From: an uncultured Nitrospinota bacterium
GTDB lineage: Bacteria; Tectomicrobia; Entotheonellia; J063; CAVPRW01
Length of the DNA: 64,000 nucleotides
Reading direction: 5' to 3'
Assembly (NCBI GenBank): GCA_963707985.1
Contig: CAVPRW010000031.1
Span: 128,001 to 192,000, forward strand
This document shows positions 33,726 through 44,500 of this stretch, one piece after another (position 1 is the stretch's first letter; each line of letters opens with the position of its first letter). The position numbers were made by a program, and so were the translations under genes. The notes beneath the pieces are model-generated. The model made no database searches, was not told where the DNA came from, and was given only the letters and a program-made list of their open reading frames with translations.

Positions 33726-34193
33726 GTGAAAATTTCGGCAAGGGGGCGCTACGCCGTGCGTGGAATGTTGGATGTGGCCCTGAACTCCCGCAATTTCCCC
33801 ACCCCATTGGCAGATATTTCCCTACGGCAGGGCATCACGATTTCCAACCTCGAACAACTCTTCGCGAAACTCAGACGGGCAGGATTGGTGCGTAGTGTGC
33901 GAGGGCCAGGCGGTGGCTACTTCTTGGCCCAGACGCCACAACAGATTACGATTGCCGATATCCTGCGAGCCGTCGAAGAACCCCTGGCACCTGAAGCCAA
34001 AACCGCCAACTGCGAACGGGAACCGAGCACTGGTCAGCGGATCGACGATCTACTGATTAACGTGTTGTGGAGCCGCCTCAACGATCAGATCCGCCAGATC
34101 CTCGAATCGGTGACGCTCCATGACCTGGTCACTGAGTGGGAAAAATCCTCGCCACCAGGATTTATGGAACATCGGTTCGTCTTCAGCATTTAG
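33726..34193 (+). CDS. Rrf2 family regulator, CymR-like
   Basis: KIS.RGRYA, LEQLF..LRRAGLV.SVRG..GGY.LA; only one Cys; ends FVFSI. Confidence 0.9.
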   Translation: MKISARGRYAVRGMLDVALNSRNFPTPLADISLRQGITISNLEQLFAKLRRAGLVRSVRGPGGGYFLAQTPQQITIADILRAVEEPLAPEAKTANCEREPSTGQRIDDLLINVLWSRLNDQIRQILESVTLHDLVTEWEKSSPPGFMEHRFVFSI

Positions 34194-34243
34194 GGTCAAT
34201 ATGATGTAGGATGACCAGGCGCGACGACAGGACTGTCCCCCAG

Positions 34244-35096
34244 ATGTCTTCACGGATCGTTGCCTTGCTGACAGATTTCGGCCAGCGCGACCCTTTTGTT
34301 GGGATCATGAAGGGGGTCATGCTCGGTATCAACCCTGATCTACAACTGATTGATATCAGCCATGAGATCATGCCACAGCGCATTCGTGAAGCGGCGATCG
34401 TGCTTGCGGCGAGTTGTGCCTATTTCCCTCCCCGCACAATCTTTCTCGTTGTCGTCGACCCTGGAGTCGGTGGGACGCGGCGACCACTTGTTGTCGAAAC
34501 TGCAGCGCATCACTTCGTTGCTCCTGATAATGGTGTTCTGGGACCGGCTCTGGATCAGGCAGAGGTTCGGCGCGTTGTCCATGCCATCGAGGCACGGTAC
34601 TTCCGGCAGCCTATAAGTCGTACCTTCCACGGCCGCGACGTGTTTGCGCCGTTGGCAGCCTGGTTGTCATGCGGTACTCAGGCCTACGAGATGGGTATGA
34701 CCATTGACGATTATCAGCGTCTGGAGTTACCACGGCCGCGAGTGGATACCTAGTGGGGAATTGGTCGGTGAAGTGATTTACCAGGATCGCTTTGGCAATC
34801 TGAGCAGCAACATCGCCGAAGCCTGGGTGCAAGAAATCTGGGGACCTTCTCCTTGGCACGGCATAGAGGCCTACATCGAGGCATCGATCATTCGAGGGCT
34901 GGATTCGCATTACGCTCAGCGCTCCCCCCACGAATTGGGCCTCATCATCAACAGCTGGGGGTTCTTCGAGGTCTTCGCCAATGGTGGGAGTGCGGCTCAG
35001 GCAACGGGTGCTATTGAAGGGAGACCTATACGCATCCGCCGTGCAAGTTTTCGATTCCACCACCCTCACGCTAATCACCACGAGCCCGGCAGATAA
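34244..35096 (+). CDS. DUF62 SAM hydroxide adenosyltransferase / chlorinase-fluorinase family (+1 frameshift near 34746)
   Basis: LLTDFG..D.FVG.MKGV, VVDPGVG, APDNG, STFHGRD-like RTFHGRDVFAP; second frame DRFGN, NS.G.FE..ANGGSA. Confidence 0.88.
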
Positions 35097-35434
35097 AGGC
35101 GCCCACAATGTGACCTATTGTCCGATCCCGACAAGGACAAAGAGGCCATTGTCAACGTTTACGGTGTGCACTGTGCCTAGCTATTGACCATCCACACCTC
35201 GTTTATTTATGGGGAACATTCTCGATGCGATTCGCATACATCGGTCTGGATTCTAGACGTGGAATGTGGTACAAGCGGCAGAAAGATCGCACATTGCGCC
35301 TTCGCCTGTATCGTCTAGGTCAGCATTGAGTGTGGTATCCCTGAGTGGCTGCGATGGCCTCGGCTCTCAGCCATAGGAACCTGTGCCTACCCCAGGTAGC
35401 ACCTTCTCGTCGGCGTGGAACAGAAAGGAGAGAT

Positions 35435-35854
35435 ATGGAAACCCCGAATCGTCCGATCCCTCAGCCCATTACCCCTGAGGCCAAACCATACTGGGATGGT
35501 CTCAAAGAGGGGAAGCTGATGTTGCCCAAGTGCGAGGATTGTGGCAAGCTGTTCTTTTATCCGCGTGTGTTCTGCCCATTTTGCTCATCTCGGCGTATCA
35601 GCTGGATTCAGGCCAGTGGCAAAGGCAAGCTCTACTCCTTTGAGATCGCCTACCAGAACTTCAATCCCGCATATAAGATCAAGCCTCCCTACGTTTTCGC
35701 CATGGTTGAACTTGATGAGGGCCCACACTTGATGTCCAACCTCATCAACATCGACCCGGACCCTAAGGTGGTCAAATGTGATATGCCGGTGGAAGTGGTG
35801 TTTGAGAAGCTCACTGATGAGATGACCGTGCCACTCTTTCAGCCAGCCAAATAG
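35435..35854 (+). CDS. DUF35 Zn-ribbon / OB-fold protein
   Basis: PYW, CEDC...YPR..CPFC, SGKG.LYS, VELDEGP. Confidence 0.9.
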   Translation: METPNRPIPQPITPEAKPYWDGLKEGKLMLPKCEDCGKLFFYPRVFCPFCSSRRISWIQASGKGKLYSFEIAYQNFNPAYKIKPPYVFAMVELDEGPHLMSNLINIDPDPKVVKCDMPVEVVFEKLTDEMTVPLFQPAK

Positions 35855-35914
35855 GCCGGGGCTATGAGTGATTTCGCATGTCCGATAGCAACCGCTAGTC
35901 AGGGGAAGAGAGCA

Positions 35915-37060
35915 ATGAAAGAGCTGCGTAGTACAGTCTGCATTGTAGGTGCTGACGAGAGCGATGAGATCGGCACCGTGCCGAACAAAAGCCAGTTGAC
36001 GCTCCATCTGGAGGCGATCCACAACGCCGTACGGGATGCTGGGTTGAAAGTCTCCGACGTTGACGGCATTTTCACCGCCGGTCAGCATTCACCGGCCCTC
36101 CTTGGCGAAGCTTTGGGTATTTCGCCACGGTACATCGACGGGACCTCAGTGGGTGGCTGTTCCTTCATCATCATGGTTGGTCATGCCCTGTTGGCGTTGC
36201 ACCATGGCTTGTGTGATGTGGCGGTAGTTTCTCATGGTGAGAGCGGGCGCTCGCAGGTCGGAGTGACGCGTAGTCGCGACACGGCTCTGAGCGGCCAATA
36301 CGAAATCCCCTATGGCTTTGGCCCGGCTCCAACCAATTTCGGGATGATCACCACACGCCACATGCACGAATACGGGACGACGTTGGAGCAATGGGCGCAG
36401 GTGGCGGTGTCGACGCGGAAGTGGGCCGCTCTCAATCCCAAAGCCCGTTTCCGGGACCCCCTGACCATTGAGGATGTGCTCAAATCGCGGCCGGTGTGTT
36501 ATCCATTCAATTTGCTCAATATCTGCTTAGTGACTGATGCCGGTGGCGCCGTGGTGCTCACACGGGCCGATCGTGCCAAGGACTGCGCCAAGAAGCCAGT
36601 ATATATCTGGGGAGCAGGGGAAGGGAGCGAGCACGTGTCCGTCTCCCAGATGCACAATTTGACCTTCAGCGAGGCCACGCGCAAATCCGGGGAAAAAGCC
36701 TTCGCCATGGCCGGCGTCACCCATAAGGACTTCAATCATATTATGCTCTACGATGCTTTCACGTCAGGACCACCTATCATGCTGGAGTCTCTGGGCTTTT
36801 GCAAGCCAGGCGAAGGAGTATATTTCTTCGAGGAGGGGAAGTCGACCCCAGGTGGTACGTTACCGATCAACACGAACGGGGGAGGGCTATCCTATACCCA
36901 TTCTGGCATGTACGGTATTTTCCCCATTATCGAAGCCACACGCCAACAGCGTGGTGAATGCGGCGCACGCCAGGTTCCAAATGCGAAGATCTCACTCGTG
37001 AACGGGATGGGTGGGATGCTCTCAGCCGCAGGAACGCTCGTGCTGTCGAACGAACCATAG
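35915..37060 (+). CDS. SCP2-type thiolase-like protein
   Basis: VGGCS, A.LNPKA, LYDAFT, INTNGGGLSYTH. Confidence 0.88.
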   Translation: MKELRSTVCIVGADESDEIGTVPNKSQLTLHLEAIHNAVRDAGLKVSDVDGIFTAGQHSPALLGEALGISPRYIDGTSVGGCSFIIMVGHALLALHHGLCDVAVVSHGESGRSQVGVTRSRDTALSGQYEIPYGFGPAPTNFGMITTRHMHEYGTTLEQWAQVAVSTRKWAALNPKARFRDPLTIEDVLKSRPVCYPFNLLNICLVTDAGGAVVLTRADRAKDCAKKPVYIWGAGEGSEHVSVSQMHNLTFSEATRKSGEKAFAMAGVTHKDFNHIMLYDAFTSGPPIMLESLGFCKPGEGVYFFEEGKSTPGGTLPINTNGGGLSYTHSGMYGIFPIIEATRQQRGECGARQVPNAKISLVNGMGGMLSAAGTLVLSNEP

Positions 37061-37264
37061 GAGGGGCCACTATCAGAGCATACAGCGATAGGGCAGGCGA
37101 GAGGCCTGCCCCATTCGATTGTCCGAGCCAGGCCTCTGTAGCACATATGAAGTCGGGGTTGACGGTCACGGCTGCACAATCAGACGTGTCATCGGAGATT
37201 TGCTCCTCGCCTTCTGAGGCATTATTCTATCGGCGCAACGATCCACTCTGGAGACGTATAGCCC

Positions 37265-39386
37265 GTGACACCAGCGGAAAGCTTTTTTAGCCTCTATTAT
37301 CATGGGTTTATCCGTGTGGCCGTGGGCGTACCCGAGGTGCAGGTCGCGGATCCAGAATTCAACGCCTCGAAGACCATCGCACTCATGGAGCAAGCGGCGT
37401 CGGAGAATGCGGTCCTGGCGCTGTTCCCCGAGCTCGGGCTATCAGCCTATTCGTGCGAGGACCTGTTTCATCAGCAGGCTTTGCTGAATGGCACGCTCGA
37501 CGCCTTGCAGACCGTGCTCATGGCTTCTACGGACTTGAACCTGATTGCGGTGATCGGAATGCCGCTGCAGGTGCAACATCTCTTGTTCAACTGCGCGGTC
37601 GTGCTGTATCGGGGGCAGATTCTCGGGGTTGTCCCGAAGACTTACCCACCGAACTATCGCGAATTTTACGAGTTGCGACAGTTTGCTCCCGCCTCCTCCG
37701 CCACTCGGACGACCATTGCGCTTTGTGGGCAGGACGATATTCCCTTCGGTGAGCGACTACTCTTCCAGGCTGGGGACGACTCGAGCTTCACCTTCTTCGT
37801 GGAGATCTGTGAGGACCTCTGGGTCCCCATCCCCCCCTCTTCATACGCCGCCTTGGCGGGAGCCACGGTTCTCCTCAACCTGTCAGCGTCCAATGTGACG
37901 ATCGGCAAGGCAGAATATCGCCACAGTCTCGCCGCCAATCAGTCGGCACGCTGTCTGGCGGCCTATCTCTACACTGCAGCAGGCACCGGGGAATCCACCA
38001 CAGATTTGGCCTGGGATGGACAGGCGATGGTATACGAGAACGGCATCTTGATTGCGCGAGGCCGACCGGTTCTCATACGCTTCCCAGTTGGTCACCGCTG
38101 ACCTGGATCTGGAGCGACTCTCCCAGGAACGCATGCGACAGACCAGCTTCGCTCAGAGCGTGCAGCGGCATCGTGATGAGGCGAGACAATTCCGCACCAT
38201 CCGCTTCCCCGTTACCTTACCCGCGACCGATCGATTGCTCCTCAATCGGGCCTACGATCGTTTCCCGTATGTGCCGGCAGACCCGACCGTGCGCGACCGT
38301 CGGTGCTATGAGGCCTACAATATTCAGGTTCAGGGGCTGGTCAAACGACTCAAAAGTTCGCGCATCTCCAACGTGGTATTGGGGATCTCCGGCGGACTTG
38401 ATTCCACACATGCCCTGATCGTCGCGGCCCGCGCCATGGATGTGTTGGGATATCCACGTACACACATTAAAGCCTACACCATGCCCGGTTTTGCCACCAG
38501 CACGCGCACGCTGGCCAATGCCTGGGCGCTCATGCAGGCCGTTGGCTGTGAGGCGCACGAACTCGATATTCGCCCGAGCTGTGAGCAGATGCTGCGCGAT
38601 CTCGATCACCCTTATGCGCATGGGGAGCCCGTCTACGACGTTACCTTTGAAAACGTTCAGGCAGGCGAGCGTACTAGTCACCTGTTCCGACTGGCGAATT
38701 ACCACCAGGCCCTGGTGGTGGGGACCAGCGACCTGAGCGAATTGGCTCTCGGCTGGTCAACATACGGTGTCGGCGACCATATGTCCCACTACAATGTCAA
38801 TGCCAGCGTGCCCAAAACTTTGATCCAGTACCTCATCCGCTGGGTTGCCGACACTGCACAACTTGGGTCGGAGGCGAGTCGGGTATTAGAGGCCATTCTC
38901 GAGACAGAATTCAGTCCCGAGCTCATTCCGGGGGACGTCAATGGTGATCAGCCTGGCCAGAAAACCGAAGCAGTGGTTGGGCCCTATGAGCTCCAGGACT
39001 TCAACATCTACTATACGACTCGGCTAGGTTATCTGCCGACCAAGGTGGCCTTTTTAGCATATTGCTGTTGGCGGGATCGCACGTACGGTCGCTGGCCAGA
39101 TATTCCAGCGGAGCAGCGGCATCAATATACCCTTGGCGAGATCAAACACTGGCTGTCGGTCTTTTTGTGGCGTTTCTTCCAGATCAGCCAGTTCAAGCGT
39201 AGCTGTGTGCCGAACGCTCCCAAGGTCGGCTCTGGTGGTTCGCTCTCACCGCGAGGGGATTATCGGGCGCCCAGCGATAGCGAGGCCACGGTCTGGCTCG
39301 AGCAACTCAAACGTATCCCCGATCTGGACCCCGATGCACCGCCAGCCGTTACCGCGTTGCAGATGGTAGCAAATCCTCAGTCATGA
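37265..39386 (+). CDS. nadE: Glutamine-dependent NAD+ synthetase (+1 frameshift near 38057)
   Basis: Nitrilase domain [21 protein letters not shown]; synthetase domain [21 protein letters not shown]. Confidence 0.93.
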
Positions 39387-41523
39387 GAGGACGGACCTCG
39401 AAGCAAACGGTATCGAGGATTCGTCGTTCATCATCGACAATCGACAGGGTGTGTGTTCCGGGTTCGGGTTCCCACAGCAGCGGCCCTGTCACTGCGCCAA
39501 GATCCTGTCCATTGAGCACCCAGCGTTGCTCAGGGCTGGCCTCATCTCCCACAAAGGCGATACGCTGGTGCGCCGCTGGGATGTCTGGGTCGAGAGCAAT
39601 CACCTCTCCCGACACAGGTGTGCGGACCTGCGGGAACCCTCCAGCCCAGTATTTTTGAGGCACTAGCGGCTCTGTGCCCTGAAGAAACCACTCCTGCCGA
39701 TCGGGCTCGATGCTGCCGGGAAAGCTGACCTGGCGCTCTACGACCCCGGTGGGTGGTTCCGTGGGTACGCTTGGAGCAGTGCGGTGCAACCAGGTCATGA
39801 TGTCGCTCCAGATGGGTGCCGCTCCGATGACACCGCTGACATGTCGCATGGGTTCACCGGACAGGTTTCCCACCCAGACACCGACGGTGTAATGGCGCGT
39901 GTAGCCGATGCACCAGTTATCACGCATCTCTTGACTGGTACCAGTTTTCACCGCACTCCAGAAGCGCGTCGCGAGCGGGCTTTCGAGCCCAAATGTCACG
40001 CTGCGGCTGTCCCGGTCGGAAAGAATGTGCGACAGCAGGAAAGTGGTGGCTTCGGAGTATACCCGGCGGCCGCTCTGGGGGGTTAGCTCCCCCGGTGTTA
40101 GGCGCAGCGGAGTCCACATCCCGCCGTTGGCGAGGGTTCGATAGGCCTGCAGTAGTTCCCAAAGGCTCGCGTCGACAGAGCCCAGAGCGAGGGACGGACC
40201 ATAGTAGTCTCCTGACTCGTTGGCACCGTTAAGCCCCAGACGTCGGAGCTCCTCAACGAAGTCCTCGGCTCCGACGAGGCCTAAGGTCCGCACGGCGGGG
40301 ATATTCAATGATCCTGCCAGTGCGGTGCGCACTGATACCAGCCCACGAAATGCCTCATCGTAGTTCCTGGGACGATATACCCCCCCGATCACCGGCACAT
40401 TGAGCGGCTCGTCTTCCAGCAGCGAAGCCGGCGTGAGCATCTTGCGCTCGATGGCCATGCCATAGAGGAAGGGTTTTAATAGGGAGCCTGCCTGACGTCT
40501 GGCCTGAATGCCATCTACATGTCTGGCGCTAGCGAGGTTTCCACTGCCAGCGACATAGGCCAGGACATCCCCGCTATGATTTTCCACCACCAAGACGGCT
40601 CCATCATAGACGTGCTGGGCTCGAATTGCCATAAGATGGTGGCGGAGCGTGTCGGCAGTAAATGCTTGTAAGCGGCTGTCAAGCGTCGAGTGCACGAAGC
40701 CTGGTGCATCGCTTGCACGTAACAACCGTTGGGCCACATGCGGTGCCAGAGAGACTTGGAGGCCCGCACCCACAGGCGTGAGCACCCGCTCCACAAATCC
40801 CGTGATGTCCTGATGAGTAGCGGCGCCACCGCGGGTGTGCAGTAAGGCTTGGGCACGTCGGGCTACGATCGCGGGCTCGGCATTAGGCCCGCGCAATAAC
40901 ACCGCCAGGATGGCAGCTTCGGCATCGGTGATACCGTGCGGGGCTTTGCCAAATAACACACTCGCGGCGGCGGCGATCCCTTGCAATTCACCGCGATAGC
41001 TCACAAGATTGAGATAAGCTTCAAGGATTTCGGTCTTCGACCAACAGCGTTCCAAAGCCCGTGCGAGCCGTATTTGCCACCACTTTTGGGGAATCAGTCG
41101 TGGTGATCGACGCGGGTGCGAGTTCGGGTCGATTAGGGTGGTGAGTTGCATCGAAATCGTACTGGCGCCGCGCAGCGGTTTCCCGACAAACCAGCGCGCC
41201 ATGGCCCCGACGATTGCCCAGGTGTCGACGCCGCCATGGCGGTAAAAGCGCCGGTCCTCGGAGGTGAGCACCGCCGCCTGTAACGCGGGAGAGATATCTG
41301 CCAGTGGTGTCCAGGCTAGCCGCCGTACCTGGAAATCGAGTCGCCGCTCATGCAAGATATGACCTTGTCGATCGAGCAGGCTGCTGTCTGAAGGGCGAAA
41401 CGATGCACGAACGTCCGTAAATGACGGCAGTGCCACGTCGTCTCGGCCATTCACCTGCCAGAGAGCTGCGGCCACAGCACACACGGTACACGCCAGAACT
41501 ACGGGCAAGAATCGCCGGATCAT
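39349..41523 (-). CDS. pbpC: Penicillin-binding protein 1C
   Basis: [27 protein letters not shown]; overlaps the A2M stop. Confidence 0.93.
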   Translation of the reverse strand: MIRRFLPVVLACTVCAVAAALWQVNGRDDVALPSFTDVRASFRPSDSSLLDRQGHILHERRLDFQVRRLAWTPLADISPALQAAVLTSEDRRFYRHGGVDTWAIVGAMARWFVGKPLRGASTISMQLTTLIDPNSHPRRSPRLIPQKWWQIRLARALERCWSKTEILEAYLNLVSYRGELQGIAAAASVLFGKAPHGITDAEAAILAVLLRGPNAEPAIVARRAQALLHTRGGAATHQDITGFVERVLTPVGAGLQVSLAPHVAQRLLRASDAPGFVHSTLDSRLQAFTADTLRHHLMAIRAQHVYDGAVLVVENHSGDVLAYVAGSGNLASARHVDGIQARRQAGSLLKPFLYGMAIERKMLTPASLLEDEPLNVPVIGGVYRPRNYDEAFRGLVSVRTALAGSLNIPAVRTLGLVGAEDFVEELRRLGLNGANESGDYYGPSLALGSVDASLWELLQAYRTLANGGMWTPLRLTPGELTPQSGRRVYSEATTFLLSHILSDRDSRSVTFGLESPLATRFWSAVKTGTSQEMRDNWCIGYTRHYTVGVWVGNLSGEPMRHVSGVIGAAPIWSDIMTWLHRTAPSVPTEPPTGVVERQVSFPGSIEPDRQEWFLQGTEPLVPQKYWAGGFPQVRTPVSGEVIALDPDIPAAHQRIAFVGDEASPEQRWVLNGQDLGAVTGPLLWEPEPGTHTLSIVDDERRILDTVCFEVRPLMTEDLLPSATR

Positions 41524-44500
41524 GGACGTACCTCGACCATGTCGTTTGGCAGCTCCCCGAACATCTCTGGAGCGTAGAGAGCCTCGACGCGCGTCGACGG
41601 CAAGTGGAAGCGGCCGCTCTGGTTCAGTCGCACGGTATACTCAACGGTTAGGTCTCCCTTCGGAACAAATTCGTAATAGGCCCGAAAACCGTCGAAGGCG
41701 CGCTCCTCGAAGGCTGCCCTGCTACGAGCTTGGCTGTCTTCTCCTTGAACAGCCAGGTGTGAATCTGTCCCCAGTCCGGTACCGAGGTGCGATGCCCCCG
41801 CCGGAATTGGATCATTCACCACTACCCAGGTCATGTCTCGGTCAGCTTCAATTTCCAGCCGCACACGGACGATGTCGCCACGGCTAAAGCGACCAGAGGC
41901 TGACGTATCGACAGGTATGAGCGATTTCCTCAAGCGGTATCCACTGGCGAGTGGAGCCTTGAGCGGGATCGCCGCCGTGGCCTCTAGTGTCACCCAGGGG
42001 TGGCCGGCCCCAGCATGGTCCACTGTGAGTGTCGTGCCTGCGCCGGGCCAGGGAAAGGCGAAAGTGTCACCCTGCGGCGATTGCGCCCACGTGACCTCCC
42101 GGACCGCGCCGTCGAGGGCGGCCGTCGTAGTACCTCCGATGGGAACGTGCTCGAACGCCTGGGAGAACTTTTCAATCGCCAGCGCTCCCCAGGCGTTGGC
42201 TACTGTCAGATCCCAGGTTCCACGCTGCTGGCGCGCCAGCGTACCGTTGAGAAGGCGGGGAAGATCTTCTTGCCATAAGTGTTGCTCTAAGAGGAGCAGC
42301 ACAAGTCGGACGGCATTCGTATCCGCCGATGTCATCAGCCACCACAACCCCTCGGAGTTTTCGCTGGAAAATCCCAGGCTTCTGCCCTGCAGATTCAGCC
42401 GCGAGCGCACGATTTGCTCGGCCTGGAGTAGCTGTGATTCTTGATGGTGGATGCCCGGCACACGATGCAGCACGTTCCACCAATCCAGCACGGCAGAGGT
42501 TGGCCACAGATTGGGCTCAATGGTGATGCTGCTAAGCACCTGGGGGTTCACCGTCGTATGGCGTGACAGCGCCTCGATAGCCGCGAGCTTGCGGAGCGGC
42601 AGATCAACGGCTGCGACGGAAGGCCGACGCCGGATTGTGCCCTCCACAAAACGCTGCAACCCCTGTATCATACGCTCACGGGTCTCGGCCGGGATCTCCC
42701 AACCTGTCTCATGGATAACCGATAAGGCGTAAGGGGTTAACACCTCGCTCCCTTGCGCCATGCTCGGAAAGTATTTGAGCAGTCCATCCGGATCGAGGTG
42801 TGACGGAAGGATAGCCGCGATTTGTTCCCATTGTCCCTGATCACGCAGCGCCACCGCCCGTGAAATCTGCTGCTCGAGACATGAGTATGGGTAACGCCGC
42901 ATCCAGTCACGCATGACACCCATGCCTTCAATCAAAGATGGGCGTATGAGGAGTTGCACGCCACCTCCGCTGGGGAGGGCGTCAGCAGGACGCTGGATCG
43001 GTTGCTTGATCTCGTGCTGCCACTGGGAGAGAGTCGCCTGGATGGTCCGAATCGGCACGACGGGGTACACTTGCTGCACGACACGAATGTGATCAGTGGC
43101 GCCACCTGACGCAGTGGCTTCCACCTCATAGCGCAAGGTGCGCACACCCGTCGGCGCGATCATGTCCCAGCCGATCACTTGGGATTGGCTGGAGCCCAGC
43201 GACAGCGCCCGCGCCATGAGTGGGTCCGGAAAACCGTCGACACGGCCCTGGACCTGCACCTCCATAGCCTGCTCGGTGGTATTGCGCAGCGTGAACTCGG
43301 CGCGAAATTGATCCCCCTCGCGGACGAGGGGTGCGATACCTGACAAGAGCATCAGATCCTGGGTTGAACGGATGGATGTCGAGCCGGTGCCGAACAGGTC
43401 ATGCCCCCCGGTCGCTACCGCGACGAGACGGAAGCTGGTTAACGAGTCGTTGAGGGGGATTTCCAGGGAAACCTCGCCGTTCGCATCCAGGGGCACTCGT
43501 CCATTCCACGAAAGAAGTGTGTCGAATAGCTCGCGTGTTGGTTGCTTCCCACCACCCCCTCCTTGTGGCAGCGCCTTCAGGCCGTAATGTCGCTTGCCAA
43601 CGACTTGCATCTGTGCCGTGGCGGTTTGTACCCCATAGCCGCGTCGACCCATCATGGCCTCTAGCAGATTCCAGCTCTTGTTCGGAAGTAGCTCCAGGAG
43701 GCCTTCATCCACGGCTGCCACCGCCACCTCGCTTCCAGCGGGCGGGAGCTGACCATCGGCAGTCCGTACCGTTACACGCACCAGTACTTTGTCCCGGACC
43801 CGATAAGTCGTCCGGTCGGCAGTCACCTTCACCATGAGCTCATGCTTGCGCCATCCCACCCTGATTTCTGCGATTCCAAGTTTGAATGAGGGCCGGCCAA
43901 GGTCTACCATCGCCGTCGGCTGCACGCCACTAATGCGCCCCCGCACCGCCAAGACAGAGATAAACATGTTCGGGGCAAAATCCTCTTGCACCGGGACCTC
44001 GATGACGGGTTCTTGACCCGAAAGGGGCACCACAAAACCATCGAGGACTCCTTCCCGCTCCGTTGTGATCAAGGCCGTGGCCTCTCGGAACGGCATACGC
44101 ACCTGAAACCGCGCCATCTCACCAGGCTCGTACTGGTGCCTCTCCGGGATGAGATCGATGCGATCGTGATCTTGGACATCGAACCACCACTGACGAGTAC
44201 CAGGAACCCATACATCCTGATGGGCTACGGCGACCAGGCCACCGTTACTCAACAGCGATGCCTGCACGATGAGGTTGCCGTCGGCCGGCGGTTTTGCTTC
44301 GCACAGCATCAGGCCCTGGGAATTGGTGCTACCTTGGCACAATGCTCCTAGTTGTCGCGTTTCATCGACATGCTCATAGGCATAAAATCCCCCGACCAGG
44401 CGTTTCCGATAAGAATAAAATTTCCGCTGCCAGACTTCGAGCTGCACTAAAGCATTGGGGACGGGTTGACCGTGCACATCGACCACGGCGACTCGCGCGG

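Noticed and set aside
34244..35096. True fluorinase/chlorinase linked to the PKS relic
   Set aside because: It has the hydrolase-type Asp-Arg-His motifs and lies 27 kb away in a core region.
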